From: an archaeon
GTDB lineage: Archaea; Asgardarchaeota; Thorarchaeia; Thorarchaeales; Thorarchaeaceae
Assembly (NCBI GenBank): GCA_024276825.1
Contig: JAJRWI010000010.1
Span: forward strand, 32,001 to 96,000
DNA length: 64,000 bases
Direction: 5' to 3'
This document shows, piece after piece, positions 38,823-48,450 of the stretch (the first letter of the stretch is position 1; every line of letters starts with the position of its first letter). The position numbers were made by a program, and so were the translations under genes. The notes under the pieces were generated by a model. The model saw nothing but the letters and a program-made list of their open reading frames with translations. It did not search any database and was not told where the DNA came from.

Positions 38823-40628
38823 TTGAGCAATTATGAAGCCAAGTTAGAAACAGCAAGAAAACTTGCAAATAGAGGCGAAAAGCACAAGGCAGCATCAATG
38901 ATCAACGAGATTGCAAGTTCTTTGGCTAATGAAGGAAACTATCAAGAGGCTGCCAAGTATTACGAAGAGGCTGCAATGCTATATAGGGATTCATACAGGG
39001 CAGACGAGTGTTTTGAGGCACTTGAGAATGCAACTCTTATGTTTGTCAGACTTGGATCAAACCCCGAAAATAATAGACAGATTGTGAGAATAAACAAGAT
39101 GGCGGCGGAGATTGCAAATATCGCCACGGAATACAAGACTGCGGCAAACTTTCTGTTCAGAGCAGTAGACTTTGCAAGTTCAGAGGAGGAGAAGACTGCA
39201 CTGCAGATAAAGGCCATTGATGCACTTGAAAAACTAGCTGATCTTCGAGAGGAGGAGGGCGATTTCGACGAGGCAATCTCGCTTCTGAAAAAAGTCGGGC
39301 GGTTGTACTTCACAATTGGTGATGATGAGCTGGGCGAGAGAATATATGAAAGGGCCATAAAGCTTGCATTCAGGTGGTCACAACGAGCCAAGGAGGAAGG
39401 AGATCTCCTTTCTGCGGGAAATGCTTTGGCTGAAGCTGCACAGATCATGCAGACAAAAGGGGAAGCCCCAGAAGCACCAAGAATCATGATGGAGGCTGGA
39501 GAGCTCTATACTCAAGCCGGGCTGTATGAGAAGGCAGGCAACATCTATGATGCTGCACAGGAGGCATACAAACTTGAGAGAAACACGTCAGCACGGAGAA
39601 AGGCAATGGTTCTTGCAGCCGAGTCATACCTGAAGATGGAGGGAAAACCAGAGGTAATTGCTCCACTTCTTATGAAAGCAGGTGCCTTGTTCAAAGAACT
39701 TAGCAATGTCAAATCTAAGTGGGCGTATAAGAGGGCCAGCGAACTCTTTGAACAGTTGGCTAACAAGTCTGCAAAAGAGGGTGACATCGAGTCTGAAAAA
39801 ATGTATTTGCGATACATGGCAATGTCACTAAAGGAATGGGGGAGAACTGATGAAGCAAATCAGGTGTACCAAGAAGTGATTGATTATTTTCTCTCTCAAG
39901 CAGAGAAAGAGAAGAGGGAGGGCAACAAGGAACTTCATGCCCTATCGTTAGAAGAAGTGTATGATGTGCTGCTTGAAGCTGGAAGAGAGGAGGAAGCAAA
40001 GAGATATCTGGAGCAGGCTGTTGATATCTATGTTGAACTCGCTGAGGAGATGATAGAAGCACAGCAGTTTGATGAGGCGTCCAAGTATTACAGTAAGGCT
40101 GCATCTTGTGCAGAAAGACTCGGAGACATGTCAAGGACTCCAGAACTGTATCAGCAGGCAAGTGATTATGCAATTAAGGCTGCAGAGTTCTACAAGGAAA
40201 TCGGAGTGGATGAACTGTCGGTCCTCTGGACACGAACCGCGGCCCAAGAAGCATTAAAGACTGAGAGGCTTGAGATGATTGACAGGGCAATTAGGCTCCT
40301 TGGCGAGTCTGCAAAGAAGTTTGAAGAGATGAACGAGGTCAATGATTCCTTTGGAGACCTATTCACTCTTTTTGAAACTCTGTTTCTCTATTATCCAGAT
40401 AGAGAGGATGAAATTCATAGTATCTTGAAGAGTCTTGATCGAGTGGCAATGATGACACGAGATGATGCTAACATCGTGCTGGCATCGATTGCACATCATC
40501 TCAATAAGGGCAATCACATCGGAGCCCTGATGTTGTATCAAGAGAATGAAGAGGACCTTTTGGACAAACATGACCAAATACGCGCCCTCATTGCGCAGTC
40601 AAAACGAGTGCGTGCAGAAAAATGGTGA
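38823..40628 (+). CDS. Long alpha-SNAP/TPR-like helical solenoid
   Basis: Recurrent 'AA.YY..AA..Y' helices over 600 aa. Confidence 0.75.
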   Translation: MSNYEAKLETARKLANRGEKHKAASMINEIASSLANEGNYQEAAKYYEEAAMLYRDSYRADECFEALENATLMFVRLGSNPENNRQIVRINKMAAEIANIATEYKTAANFLFRAVDFASSEEEKTALQIKAIDALEKLADLREEEGDFDEAISLLKKVGRLYFTIGDDELGERIYERAIKLAFRWSQRAKEEGDLLSAGNALAEAAQIMQTKGEAPEAPRIMMEAGELYTQAGLYEKAGNIYDAAQEAYKLERNTSARRKAMVLAAESYLKMEGKPEVIAPLLMKAGALFKELSNVKSKWAYKRASELFEQLANKSAKEGDIESEKMYLRYMAMSLKEWGRTDEANQVYQEVIDYFLSQAEKEKREGNKELHALSLEEVYDVLLEAGREEEAKRYLEQAVDIYVELAEEMIEAQQFDEASKYYSKAASCAERLGDMSRTPELYQQASDYAIKAAEFYKEIGVDELSVLWTRTAAQEALKTERLEMIDRAIRLLGESAKKFEEMNEVNDSFGDLFTLFETLFLYYPDREDEIHSILKSLDRVAMMTRDDANIVLASIAHHLNKGNHIGALMLYQENEEDLLDKHDQIRALIAQSKRVRAEKW

Positions 40629-40656
40629 GAACCTAGTGTTGGTTTCCCAGATAATC

Positions 40657-41211
40657 TTACATATGACCAGCCATTTTCTCCCTGAGCATTCGATATTTTT
40701 CGCGAAAGACACCCCATATCTTCTGTCTGGTTGAAGTGGGACCAACAGTGTGTAATGGGCATTGATCACCAAGAGGACATTCGTCCTTGAACCCTCCATA
40801 ATCATGTAGCGCCTCTGGCAGGACCTTATTGATCAGGTAAGCCTCTAGCTTTTTGGTGTCCTCTCCAGTTATCAAAGACCAGTCAATTGATTTGAATGGC
40901 TCTGTCTGGAGAGCTTTATTTACAGCCTCGAATACTACATCAGCCATTTCAGGAACATCAGCACTTAGGCCCACTACAATAGTATGATTGCCGGGAAAAG
41001 TCTTAGAGAATCGCATATCAGTGGATCCCATTTTAACAGCTTGAAGAAACAGACCCTCAGACAGTGTTGGGGGAATTGTTTCAATAGCAGAAAGAAGTCC
41101 TGTTAATAATTCAGGGTTTGCAAAAGCAGCCTTACAGAAGGTCCCATAACACTTACTATAAATAGGAAGTCCCGCCGTGGTATAAATCATTAGATACTCA
41201 AGTTTTGGCAT
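40657..41211 (-). CDS. Longin-like domain protein
   Basis: 'YLMIYTTAGLPIYSK...LLTGLLSAIET' is the Mon1/Fuz-type longin pattern. Cys pairs and an amphipathic C-terminus follow. Confidence 0.65.
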   Translation of the reverse strand: MPKLEYLMIYTTAGLPIYSKCYGTFCKAAFANPELLTGLLSAIETIPPTLSEGLFLQAVKMGSTDMRFSKTFPGNHTIVVGLSADVPEMADVVFEAVNKALQTEPFKSIDWSLITGEDTKKLEAYLINKVLPEALHDYGGFKDECPLGDQCPLHTVGPTSTRQKIWGVFREKYRMLREKMAGHM

Positions 41212-41355
41212 TATTAATCATCATCCTTTGATTCAACACCACATGTCCGATTTAAGTTAATTCTTTTGATGAATTCTGTGAACTTGGTATATTCCAATAG
41301 TATTATTTTCAATTTGCCACTCCAGAATCTATGATTGAATGAGGTGGGCAGAGCA

Positions 41356-41775
41356 ATGACAACCCATCATGCAAAAATTCAGATTCAGACAAGAGGGGAC
41401 TGTGATATGATAGATATCACTGAGAGGGTTGAAGACATCATCAGTAAGAGTGGAATGAGTTCGGGAGTCTGTACTGTTTTCTGTCAGGGTTCCACGGGAT
41501 CGATTATCACAATCGAGTATGAAGAGGGGCTTCTAAAGGACTTCCCGGACGCAATGGAGCGCATTGCACCGCGGGGCACAACTTACGAGCACCATCTCAG
41601 GTGGCATGATGGAAACGGTCATTCCCATATAAGGGCCTCAATTATTGGACCCAGTCTCACAATCCCATTTGTAAATGGAGAACTCACACTGGGCACTTGG
41701 CAGCAGGTCACCTTTGTTGATTTTGACAATAAGCCAAGAATGAGGACTATCCATGTGATGCTGGTTGGTGAGTAG
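41356..41775 (+). CDS. yjbQ: YjbQ/UPF0047 family protein
   Basis: 'DITE', 'YEH...DGNGHSHIRAS', 'LGTWQQ'. Confidence 0.9.
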   Translation: MTTHHAKIQIQTRGDCDMIDITERVEDIISKSGMSSGVCTVFCQGSTGSIITIEYEEGLLKDFPDAMERIAPRGTTYEHHLRWHDGNGHSHIRASIIGPSLTIPFVNGELTLGTWQQVTFVDFDNKPRMRTIHVMLVGE

Positions 41776-42060
41776 TTAGAAACGACTTGTTTCAATGTCC
41801 CATGATAAAGGCGGTGCAACCTTACTGGAGGGGGATGAGTTTCTTATCTTCAGGGCCAAATAATGAATTCTTAGGGCTCTGCGAAGCCGGTGAAGTTCAA
41901 AGGGAATATTCCAGCCAGGAGGACTATTTCTATAGCTGAAGGAGTCGCAGAAGTTTCTGATTGTTTCAATCTCCCGTTTCACCTGTGCCTTGATATCTTC
42001 AATATCGCGATCGATTGTTGGGGAAAGAGGCCCATCATTCATCCTTATCTTCCTCGACAA
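41776..42060 (-). CDS. Hypothetical protein
   Basis: 94-aa ORF co-oriented downstream of nob1; no recognised motif. Confidence 0.4.
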   Translation of the reverse strand: MSRKIRMNDGPLSPTIDRDIEDIKAQVKREIETIRNFCDSFSYRNSPPGWNIPFELHRLRRALRIHYLALKIRNSSPSSKVAPPLSWDIETSRF

Positions 42061-42106
42061 AAAGCTATCTCAATCTCAACAAATAACTAGGAGTATTACA
42101 TTGGTA

Positions 42107-42625
42107 TTACTTCCTGAGTTGGCGCCTATTGCGAACTCTTCTATGCATCAGTGTACCACACACAGGGCACTCCAAGGATTCGGGGGGCATGGTTTCAATA
42201 TGTCCGCATGCTGGACAAACAAGGCCCCAGCGTCTGCGATCCCTCATTCTGTCAGCGGGATCTAAAATTCCAAGTCCCAGATGGCTTGCAGTGTTGAGCA
42301 CTGCAATGTCCGTTGAAACCACAATGACCTGTTGGTCTTGTTCAACATTATCAAGAGCAATGGCAATCAGTTCTATGTCATTGGCTGAAAGAACCGTGAT
42401 GTCTCCTGTTTCTTTGGCCGCTGTCTTGGTCCTCTTGATGCTCTGGGAGGAGGGTAAGTCAGTCTTAAGACGTCCAATACTGATCAGGGTCTCCGCTCTT
42501 GACCTACTGGGACGATTATGAATTTCATCCATGATATTCTCAGTTGTCAGTAAATTATATTCAGGGTTCTTATCGGGCCAGTTCGAAAACAGAACTCCAG
42601 CATCGACAACAAAAAGATGTTTCAT
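42107..42625 (-). CDS. nob1: Nob1 PIN-domain rRNA maturation endonuclease
   Basis: 'VVDAG', 'ETGD...LS.ND..LIA.A', 'STD.A..N.A..LG', Zn ribbon CPACG/CPVCG. Confidence 0.9.
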   Translation of the reverse strand: MKHLFVVDAGVLFSNWPDKNPEYNLLTTENIMDEIHNRPSRSRAETLISIGRLKTDLPSSQSIKRTKTAAKETGDITVLSANDIELIAIALDNVEQDQQVIVVSTDIAVLNTASHLGLGILDPADRMRDRRRWGLVCPACGHIETMPPESLECPVCGTLMHRRVRNRRQLRK

Positions 42626-42633
42626 AAATATCC

Positions 42634-43539
42634 CTACAGAGTTCTGGGTATAAGTCGTGTGTTGATGCGATCCCAGTAGTTGTCATATAGACGTATGAAT
42701 CGTGTCACCCCTTCAGCTTTTCGCATCCATACGATCTCTCTGGGTTCAACGGGATGGTGAGTCTGACCATCGACAACAGCAAGACCGGGAGCATCCGGCT
42801 TGACAAGCTCCAGCTCAACGACACTTGTGTCTGGGATGACCAGTGATTTCAGTTCGAACCGTGGGGGACATACAGGAACAAAGATCAGGCCCTTCACATC
42901 AGGAGCAAGAATAGAGCCCCCTGCAGCAAGAGCATAAGCAGAAGAGCCGCAGGGCGTTGCGACCATTGCACCGTCGGCACGCCCAAAATCAACTCTTACA
43001 CCATCGATATAGACTCGAAATGTGAGAAGGCGACCCGGGACTCTAGACACCACATAGACCTCATTCAGGGCGTCCTCAAAGGTCCTATCGCCAACCCCAG
43101 AGGCAAGATTAACATTTCTCACAATAATGCAGTCATTGGCGATAATTCGCTTCAATGCGCTGATTGCAGTGGTTGTACTACTCTCAGTGAGAAAGCCCAC
43201 AGTCCCCCTGTTAACACAGAAGAGAGGCGTTTCTCGATTCTTCAGTTTGGACAATGTGTAGAGAATCGTGCCGTCGCCGCCGATGGTTATTACAAAATCA
43301 ACATCAAAGTCTTCAATGTTGGTGGATTCAGCCCTCGAGTGCAGGAGGTTGCATGATCCCGAGTCGACAATCACTTCAATGTCATTGTCCAAAAGAAAGC
43401 CCGCAATCCGGTCAGCAATCTTTTCTATCTCTGTACGGCCGAGTCTACATACCAGACCCACTCTTCGTTTGTCGCTCAGGATTGTAGGGTTGTCCTCGAT
43501 CACCTTACGGACACATCCAGATATAAGGAGGTTATACAT
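42634..43539 (-). CDS. nadK: NAD kinase
   Basis: 'GGDGT', 'GTVGFL', 'ALNE', 'ADG...ATPCGSSAYALAAGG'. Confidence 0.93.
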   Translation of the reverse strand: MYNLLISGCVRKVIEDNPTILSDKRRVGLVCRLGRTEIEKIADRIAGFLLDNDIEVIVDSGSCNLLHSRAESTNIEDFDVDFVITIGGDGTILYTLSKLKNRETPLFCVNRGTVGFLTESSTTTAISALKRIIANDCIIVRNVNLASGVGDRTFEDALNEVYVVSRVPGRLLTFRVYIDGVRVDFGRADGAMVATPCGSSAYALAAGGSILAPDVKGLIFVPVCPPRFELKSLVIPDTSVVELELVKPDAPGLAVVDGQTHHPVEPREIVWMRKAEGVTRFIRLYDNYWDRINTRLIPRTL

Positions 43540-43658
43540 CTGTTGAAGAGAAATACTATGTTTTAGATATTGTGATGTTGTTTTTCAAAAAGTATATCTT
43601 TAAGTCGGTTCCTGTTTGCAGGAGCAAGTCTGCAACAAGTAGAATACTGGTGATATAA

Positions 43659-44063
43659 TTGAGCATCAAGAAGACAGTTGTTAAGACACTGAAACCGGGT
43701 AGCTATTTCATAATTGAAGACGAGCCTTGTAAAGTCGTTAGCATTGAAAAGTCAAAGCCAGGAAAGCATGGGGCTGCAAAGGCCAATATAACCGCAATTG
43801 GGTTCTTTACTGGCAGAAAACGCAATGTGATCATGCCTGCTGACAGAATGGTCGATGTGCCGGTCATCGATAAGAGAAGTGCCACAATTATTGCTGTGAT
43901 GGATGATAACCTCAGCCTGATGGATTCTGAAACATACGAGACCTATGATGTCCCCAAGCCTGCTGATGAGGAGATTGCATCCAAGATCGAGCTGAATGCA
44001 ACAGTTGAGGTATGGGAGGTCATGGGTAGAAAAGTCATCGTTCGTGTAAAGAGCGGGGAATAA
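43659..44063 (+). CDS. eif5a: Translation factor aIF-5A
   Basis: Hypusine motif 'SKPGKHGAAK'. Confidence 0.96.
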   Translation: MSIKKTVVKTLKPGSYFIIEDEPCKVVSIEKSKPGKHGAAKANITAIGFFTGRKRNVIMPADRMVDVPVIDKRSATIIAVMDDNLSLMDSETYETYDVPKPADEEIASKIELNATVEVWEVMGRKVIVRVKSGE

Positions 44064-44130
44064 GCCCCCTTATGAGCCCAAGCCAAACAATTTATCACTT
44101 GCCTGAACGAAAGTCCATCTGGAGATATCG

Positions 44131-44604
44131 GTGGGCTCAGAAAAGAAGATTGATTCAAAGGACAGAAAAATTATCGAGATTCTTCTTAATGATGCTGAGA
44201 GTTCACTCAGAAAGATTGCAAGGGAAGTTTCGCTTAGCCCAAGTTCTATCCGAAATCGCATCCTTCGGCTCAAGGAGATAGGAGTGATCAAGAAATTTAC
44301 AATCTCTCTTGATTATTATAAACTGGGTTATAGTATTCAGGTCATCATCATGCTCACGTGTAAAACAGGATTCTCAGAGTCAGTCTATTCTCGTCTTAAA
44401 AAGATCCCGCAGGTCCATGATATATTCTGGACCACAGGTCCGGCCAACTTCCTAATTCTGGTAAGAGTTGCAGACATGAATGAACTAACACAACTCATCA
44501 CCGGAAAATTGGAGCACACCGAAGGTATTGAGAAAATCGAAACAATGTTTCTTATGCCCAGAACCGAATGTAAAAAGAGAGATGGTGCGGAGGGCGAGAT
44601 TTGA
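44131..44604 (+). CDS. Lrp/AsnC family regulator
   Basis: 'IDSKDRKIIEIL..DA..SLRKIAREV.LS...I..RI.RLKE.GVIK.F...LDY.KLG'. Confidence 0.92.
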   Translation: MGSEKKIDSKDRKIIEILLNDAESSLRKIAREVSLSPSSIRNRILRLKEIGVIKKFTISLDYYKLGYSIQVIIMLTCKTGFSESVYSRLKKIPQVHDIFWTTGPANFLILVRVADMNELTQLITGKLEHTEGIEKIETMFLMPRTECKKRDGAEGEI

Positions 44605-44670
44605 ACTCGCGAACTCCTACGAGACAGGGACCTGAACCCTGCGCCTTTGACCTGGCTTGGCAACCTCCGC
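44583..44670 (-). tRNA. tRNA-Leu(CAG), intronless, with encoded CCA
   Basis: Reverse complement folds as: GCGGAGG/CCTCCGC acceptor stem, D arm with GG, CAGGG-TTCAGGT-CCCTG anticodon arm, 14-nt variable arm, GCGAG-TTCAAAT-CTCGC T arm, ACCA end. Confidence 0.97.
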
Positions 44671-44785
44671 TATATAGATGCCATATGTGTTGACTAGAGG
44701 TCTGGTTCTCAAGAAATTAATATCTCTTTCCATGAGTCATTTATCTATAGGTGATGATGGAAAGCTCGAAGCTGAAGTTTACTTC

Positions 44786-45249
44786 TCAGTTCAGACGATC
44801 AATGATGGTAAACACTTCATTAGTATGACTGCGAACTTTCACGCCATCCCAGACCTCACTATTTTCCAATCAAGATTAATAATAAAAGTCGCTTTTACAC
44901 TGCTCATATACTCACGAACCATGAACTTCTTTTTGCCCCAGACACCGTACATCTGTTGTATGGTGGTTTCTTTATCCGAGAGAAGCATGATTTTAAGCTT
45001 CTTCGCCTCGATGAAGTTCTGGTGCGACCAGAGGCTGTCCTTGCTGACACCAAGAATGATAGTGTTCTTCTTCTCGAATTGTGGCTTAAGGTTGGTAAAG
45101 TCCTTGGCCTCCATAGTACAGCCTGGAGTCTTGTCCTTTGGATAAAAATAGAGCACGACATACTTTCCTCTGATGTCCTTCAGGCAGGTTTCTTCACCAT
45201 TGCTGTCAGAAAGGCAGAAGTCAGGCGCCTGATCACCTTCACTCAATAT
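44786..45249 (-). pseudogene. bcp: Peroxiredoxin Bcp/PrxQ, frameshifted near the 3' end
   Basis: 'VVLYFYPKDKTPGCT.EA', 'GVSKD...SH'. The expected tail 'VWDGVKVRSHTNEV' lies in another frame after a 1-nt deletion near 44855. Confidence 0.8.
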
Positions 45250-45344
45250 TGTGTTTTTCAAAAAGAAACCTCGTGAAGGAGTGAAACATAACTTCAATCA
45301 CATAATGCAATTGACATAGAAACCTCAGCTCTGCATTTAATGAC

Positions 45345-45650
45345 CTATCTAGTAAAGTGTTGTTTGACCTGTGGAAGATTCAAGTAGACTAGAGTGATGA
45401 CGCACAGGATAATTCCTTCAAATGCAAGAAATGAAAGGGCGTACAGTGGAATACCAAGGATGTTTAGGAAGATGGCAAAATTCCATGCCGAAGGGTCATC
45501 GCGCATCATACCAAGAGCGGCCCAGAGTGCAAGTGCAGCTATAACAATTCCAACTGCAGACAAGGCGTCTTCCCAGACTGCAAGTCCAACGCCTGCCACA
45601 AATAGTCCAGTCAGTGCATTTGCAATCAATAGGAAAATTGCAATAGTCAC
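45345..45650 (-). CDS. Small membrane protein
   Basis: Four hydrophobic segments ending 'YLNLPQVKQHF'. Confidence 0.65.
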   Translation of the reverse strand: MTIAIFLLIANALTGLFVAGVGLAVWEDALSAVGIVIAALALWAALGMMRDDPSAWNFAIFLNILGIPLYALSFLAFEGIILCVITLVYLNLPQVKQHFTR

Positions 45651-45805
45651 CTCAAAAGGACGTTGAGTTGCCTGTGGTGTAGCTATTTACATAAGTAATC
45701 ACTTTAGTAGAAGTCGTGCGGGTGCTAAAGAGTATTCTGGTTTTTTCTCTGAAATGTTAAGATTCATAATTCAATTCTGGGCAAAGGAGTCGATGCTTAC
45801 GACTG

Positions 45806-46561
45806 TCAGCGAATTCCCTCATTGAATGATCTAATCAGATGTTTCAAGCCGCTCCAATCACCAATGTTATCTTTCACAATTTTCTGATCCATGGCCTCTT
45901 TGGTAGAGCCATCATAAACAATTCGACCATTTTCAATCACAGCCACCGAATCTGACCAGTTCTCAATAAAGAACCTGTTATGGGTGGTATAGAGAATTGT
46001 AACACCATCTTGTCTCATCTTATTGATTATCTCAATCATATTGGAAACCATCTTGAAGTCAAATCCAGTGAAGGGCTCATCAAGAATGAGAATGCTTGGC
46101 CGCATGGCGATGATTCCGGCCAGAGCTATTCTCTTTGCCTGTCCATGACTCAACTGATTGACGGGGCGCTCTTCATACCCTATCATGTCAACAATCTCTA
46201 GTGCCCATCTGACCCTCTCATCAATCTCAGACTTGGAGAGTCCCAGATTTCGCGGACCGAATGACACATCCTCCCAGACGGTTGGGGCAAAGAGTTGGTC
46301 ATTTGGGTTCTGAAACAGAAAGCCAATGTCCTGACGGATCTCCCAGAGATTCTCATGAGTGACCTCTCTCTCAAACACATGAATAGAACCAGATGTAGGC
46401 TCTAAAAGTCCGAGAATCAGCTTGAACAGTGTTGTCTTTCCAGACCCGTTCAGCCCAACAAGTACCTTCTGCTCGCCAATGTGAAGCTGCAGGCTCACGT
46501 CTTCCATTCTAAAGTCATCATAGCTGAAGAACACATGACTGACATCAATTGCGCAGGTCAT
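45806..46561 (-). CDS. cbiO: ECF Ni/Co transporter ATPase
   Basis: GLNGSGKTT, 'FQNPNDQLFAPTVWEDVSFGP.NLG', LSHGQ. Confidence 0.92.
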   Translation of the reverse strand: MTCAIDVSHVFFSYDDFRMEDVSLQLHIGEQKVLVGLNGSGKTTLFKLILGLLEPTSGSIHVFEREVTHENLWEIRQDIGFLFQNPNDQLFAPTVWEDVSFGPRNLGLSKSEIDERVRWALEIVDMIGYEERPVNQLSHGQAKRIALAGIIAMRPSILILDEPFTGFDFKMVSNMIEIINKMRQDGVTILYTTHNRFFIENWSDSVAVIENGRIVYDGSTKEAMDQKIVKDNIGDWSGLKHLIRSFNEGIR

Positions 46562-47340
46562 ATTATTATCAACTCCAAATGCGGGATTAAGAATAACATG
46601 CTTAACACCAATACAGCTAGAAGTACCAGAAGAATCGCATCACTTCGTTTCACCCCAGTTTCGGAGATCATCGAGCCTTTTCCAAAACCGCGCAGCGCCA
46701 TTGCCTCATATACCACAATGCTACGATCAAACGCTCTATCAATTGTAGTCCCAACTAGGTTTCCAAGGGAGCGTATCTTTTGCCAGCGATTCCCAAGGTC
46801 ATAGCCACGAAGAATCTGGGCATTGTGCATCTGAGAGCGCTCCTCCATAAACAGAGGAATGAACCTTAGCATGATGAGCAGAGAACCAAGCATTGCAGTT
46901 GGTACCTGCAAGGTCTTAAGGGCACCAATGAACTCTGAGAGGGTCATATGTGAAAGGGTTGTGATGAAGATGAGGATTATTGTGATCATTCTCAAGGCAA
47001 GTAGAAGGCCGCGCTCAACACCCTCCTGAAAGACTGGGAGTGTGCCCCAAGGAAGGGATATTTGAAACAGAACAGTGGTGCCATAGATGAGTGGGATAAT
47101 CAGCAGCCATGCAAGGATTATCACTTCAATCTTTGAGATCAATGATAACACAGTGCCCCAGCGTGTTCGTGCCACGATTCCACCCATCACCACAATGCCC
47201 AGTATGAATAGCACATAGATCAGGGAGTTCTGAATTGAAACAAAGGCTGCAAGGAAAAAGGAGGAAACGAGCATTCCTGTAGATGAGAATAGGCTCCTCG
47301 ATGTTCTACCCTCAGAAAAGGGCAACAGGAATTTGCTCAT
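46558..47340 (-). CDS. cbiQ: ECF T component
   Basis: 'LRFIP...E', 'AQILRG', 'AMALRG' XRX motifs. Confidence 0.9.
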   Translation of the reverse strand: MSKFLLPFSEGRTSRSLFSSTGMLVSSFFLAAFVSIQNSLIYVLFILGIVVMGGIVARTRWGTVLSLISKIEVIILAWLLIIPLIYGTTVLFQISLPWGTLPVFQEGVERGLLLALRMITIILIFITTLSHMTLSEFIGALKTLQVPTAMLGSLLIMLRFIPLFMEERSQMHNAQILRGYDLGNRWQKIRSLGNLVGTTIDRAFDRSIVVYEAMALRGFGKGSMISETGVKRSDAILLVLLAVLVLSMLFLIPHLELIII

Positions 47341-47354
47341 CTCATTTCACTCAT

Positions 47355-47642
47355 TTACTCTTTCCTCGCGGTGGCTTTGAAGAGAATCAGGCCTAGCACG
47401 AAGACCAAAAGAACTCCAATCACACCAGTGAAAAGTTCTACCATGGGGCCTTCACCCAGAAAAGCCCACATTCCTTCAAAGCCAGACTCTGGCTCAGACA
47501 CATTTGCAAACTCAAAGAACGCCCATTCAAAGCCATCGGGATTACTGGATGCAAGACCTCCAAGAATCACAATGGACAGGATGACGACAATTATCACAAT
47601 AGTGGGAACCACAAATTTGACAATATCCTCGCGCCGCATCAT
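47355..47642 (-). CDS. PDGLE-domain Ni/Co transport accessory protein (NikN-like)
   Basis: 'ASSNPDGFEW' between two TM helices. Confidence 0.85.
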   Translation of the reverse strand: MMRREDIVKFVVPTIVIIVVILSIVILGGLASSNPDGFEWAFFEFANVSEPESGFEGMWAFLGEGPMVELFTGVIGVLLVFVLGLILFKATARKE

Positions 47643-48350
47643 TTAACCCTCCTGAACACTATCAATGCTCAAAGGCTTGATAGGCACATCTGCTGCATCC
47701 CTTGTTTTGCTTCCCTTTAGAAGTGCAATAAGAGTTGGCTTGGCTCTCACAAAGTACTCCAGTATCACAACAGTGAGTATTGCCTCACCAATTGCGATGA
47801 TTGAATGAATTGAAGTGATTGCCACAAGTGCAGTAAAGCCAAATGCAGGTTCTGTCATTAACTCCAGACCAAGAACAAAAGCTGCTGCGACTGTGACAAT
47901 ATATGAAGTGATTGCAGCTGAAAGGAGTAGGGCCGATTTCTCGCTCAGTTTCTTCCTTGCAGTCTTGAATATCAGAACACCGAGTGTCCATGCAAACAGA
48001 CATGAGAACACACCCATATTGAACAGGTTCAGTCCATACATCAAGAGACCGCCATCACCATAGAGAGCTTGGATGAACAGCACAAGTGCAATAATGATTA
48101 TTCCAACCCAGGGGCCAACCATCATTGCAAGTAGAGTTGCACCGATAAGGTGTCCACTCGAATATGGTGGAACTGGAAAATTGACAAACTGCGCCGCGAA
48201 TATCACTGCCGCCAGTACTCCAATATATGGTACCACACGCTCATCGAGTTTTTTGTTGATCATTATCAGAGAGAAGATTAGAAATGCTCCGCTCACGATT
48301 AGCATTAATATCTGTAGCCAGAGCGGAAGGACTCCATCAGGTACATGCAT
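47643..48350 (-). CDS. cbiM: CbiM/NikM S component
   Basis: Mature N-terminus 'MHVPDG' (start 48350), 'SSGHLIG', 'GDGG...G.N..NMG'. Confidence 0.93.
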   Translation of the reverse strand: MHVPDGVLPLWLQILMLIVSGAFLIFSLIMINKKLDERVVPYIGVLAAVIFAAQFVNFPVPPYSSGHLIGATLLAMMVGPWVGIIIIALVLFIQALYGDGGLLMYGLNLFNMGVFSCLFAWTLGVLIFKTARKKLSEKSALLLSAAITSYIVTVAAAFVLGLELMTEPAFGFTALVAITSIHSIIAIGEAILTVVILEYFVRAKPTLIALLKGSKTRDAADVPIKPLSIDSVQEG

Positions 48351-48404
48351 GATATCACTCTCATTATTGAAGTGTAAATGGGCATGGAACACACCACTTA
48401 TAAA

Positions 48405-48431
48405 GTAGCACGTTTGTGGAAAACGTGACAC
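48405..48431. promoter_or_regulatory. Candidate NikR operator next to a shared TATA box (TTATAAAG, 48398-48405)
   Basis: GTAGCAC-N13-GTGACAC with an inner CACGTTT/AAACGTG inverted repeat, between divergent nikR and cbiM. Confidence 0.6.
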
Positions 48432-48450
48432 TCGGGATGTGAGTTGTGTT

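Noticed and set aside
44751-44828. GTGATGA...CTGA on the + strand upstream of the tRNA, resembling a C/D sRNA
   Set aside because: The second box pair is degenerate and lies antisense to the bcp tail, and no promoter is evident.
44678-45145. 155-aa + strand ORF
   Set aside because: It is an antisense shadow of bcp with no motif.
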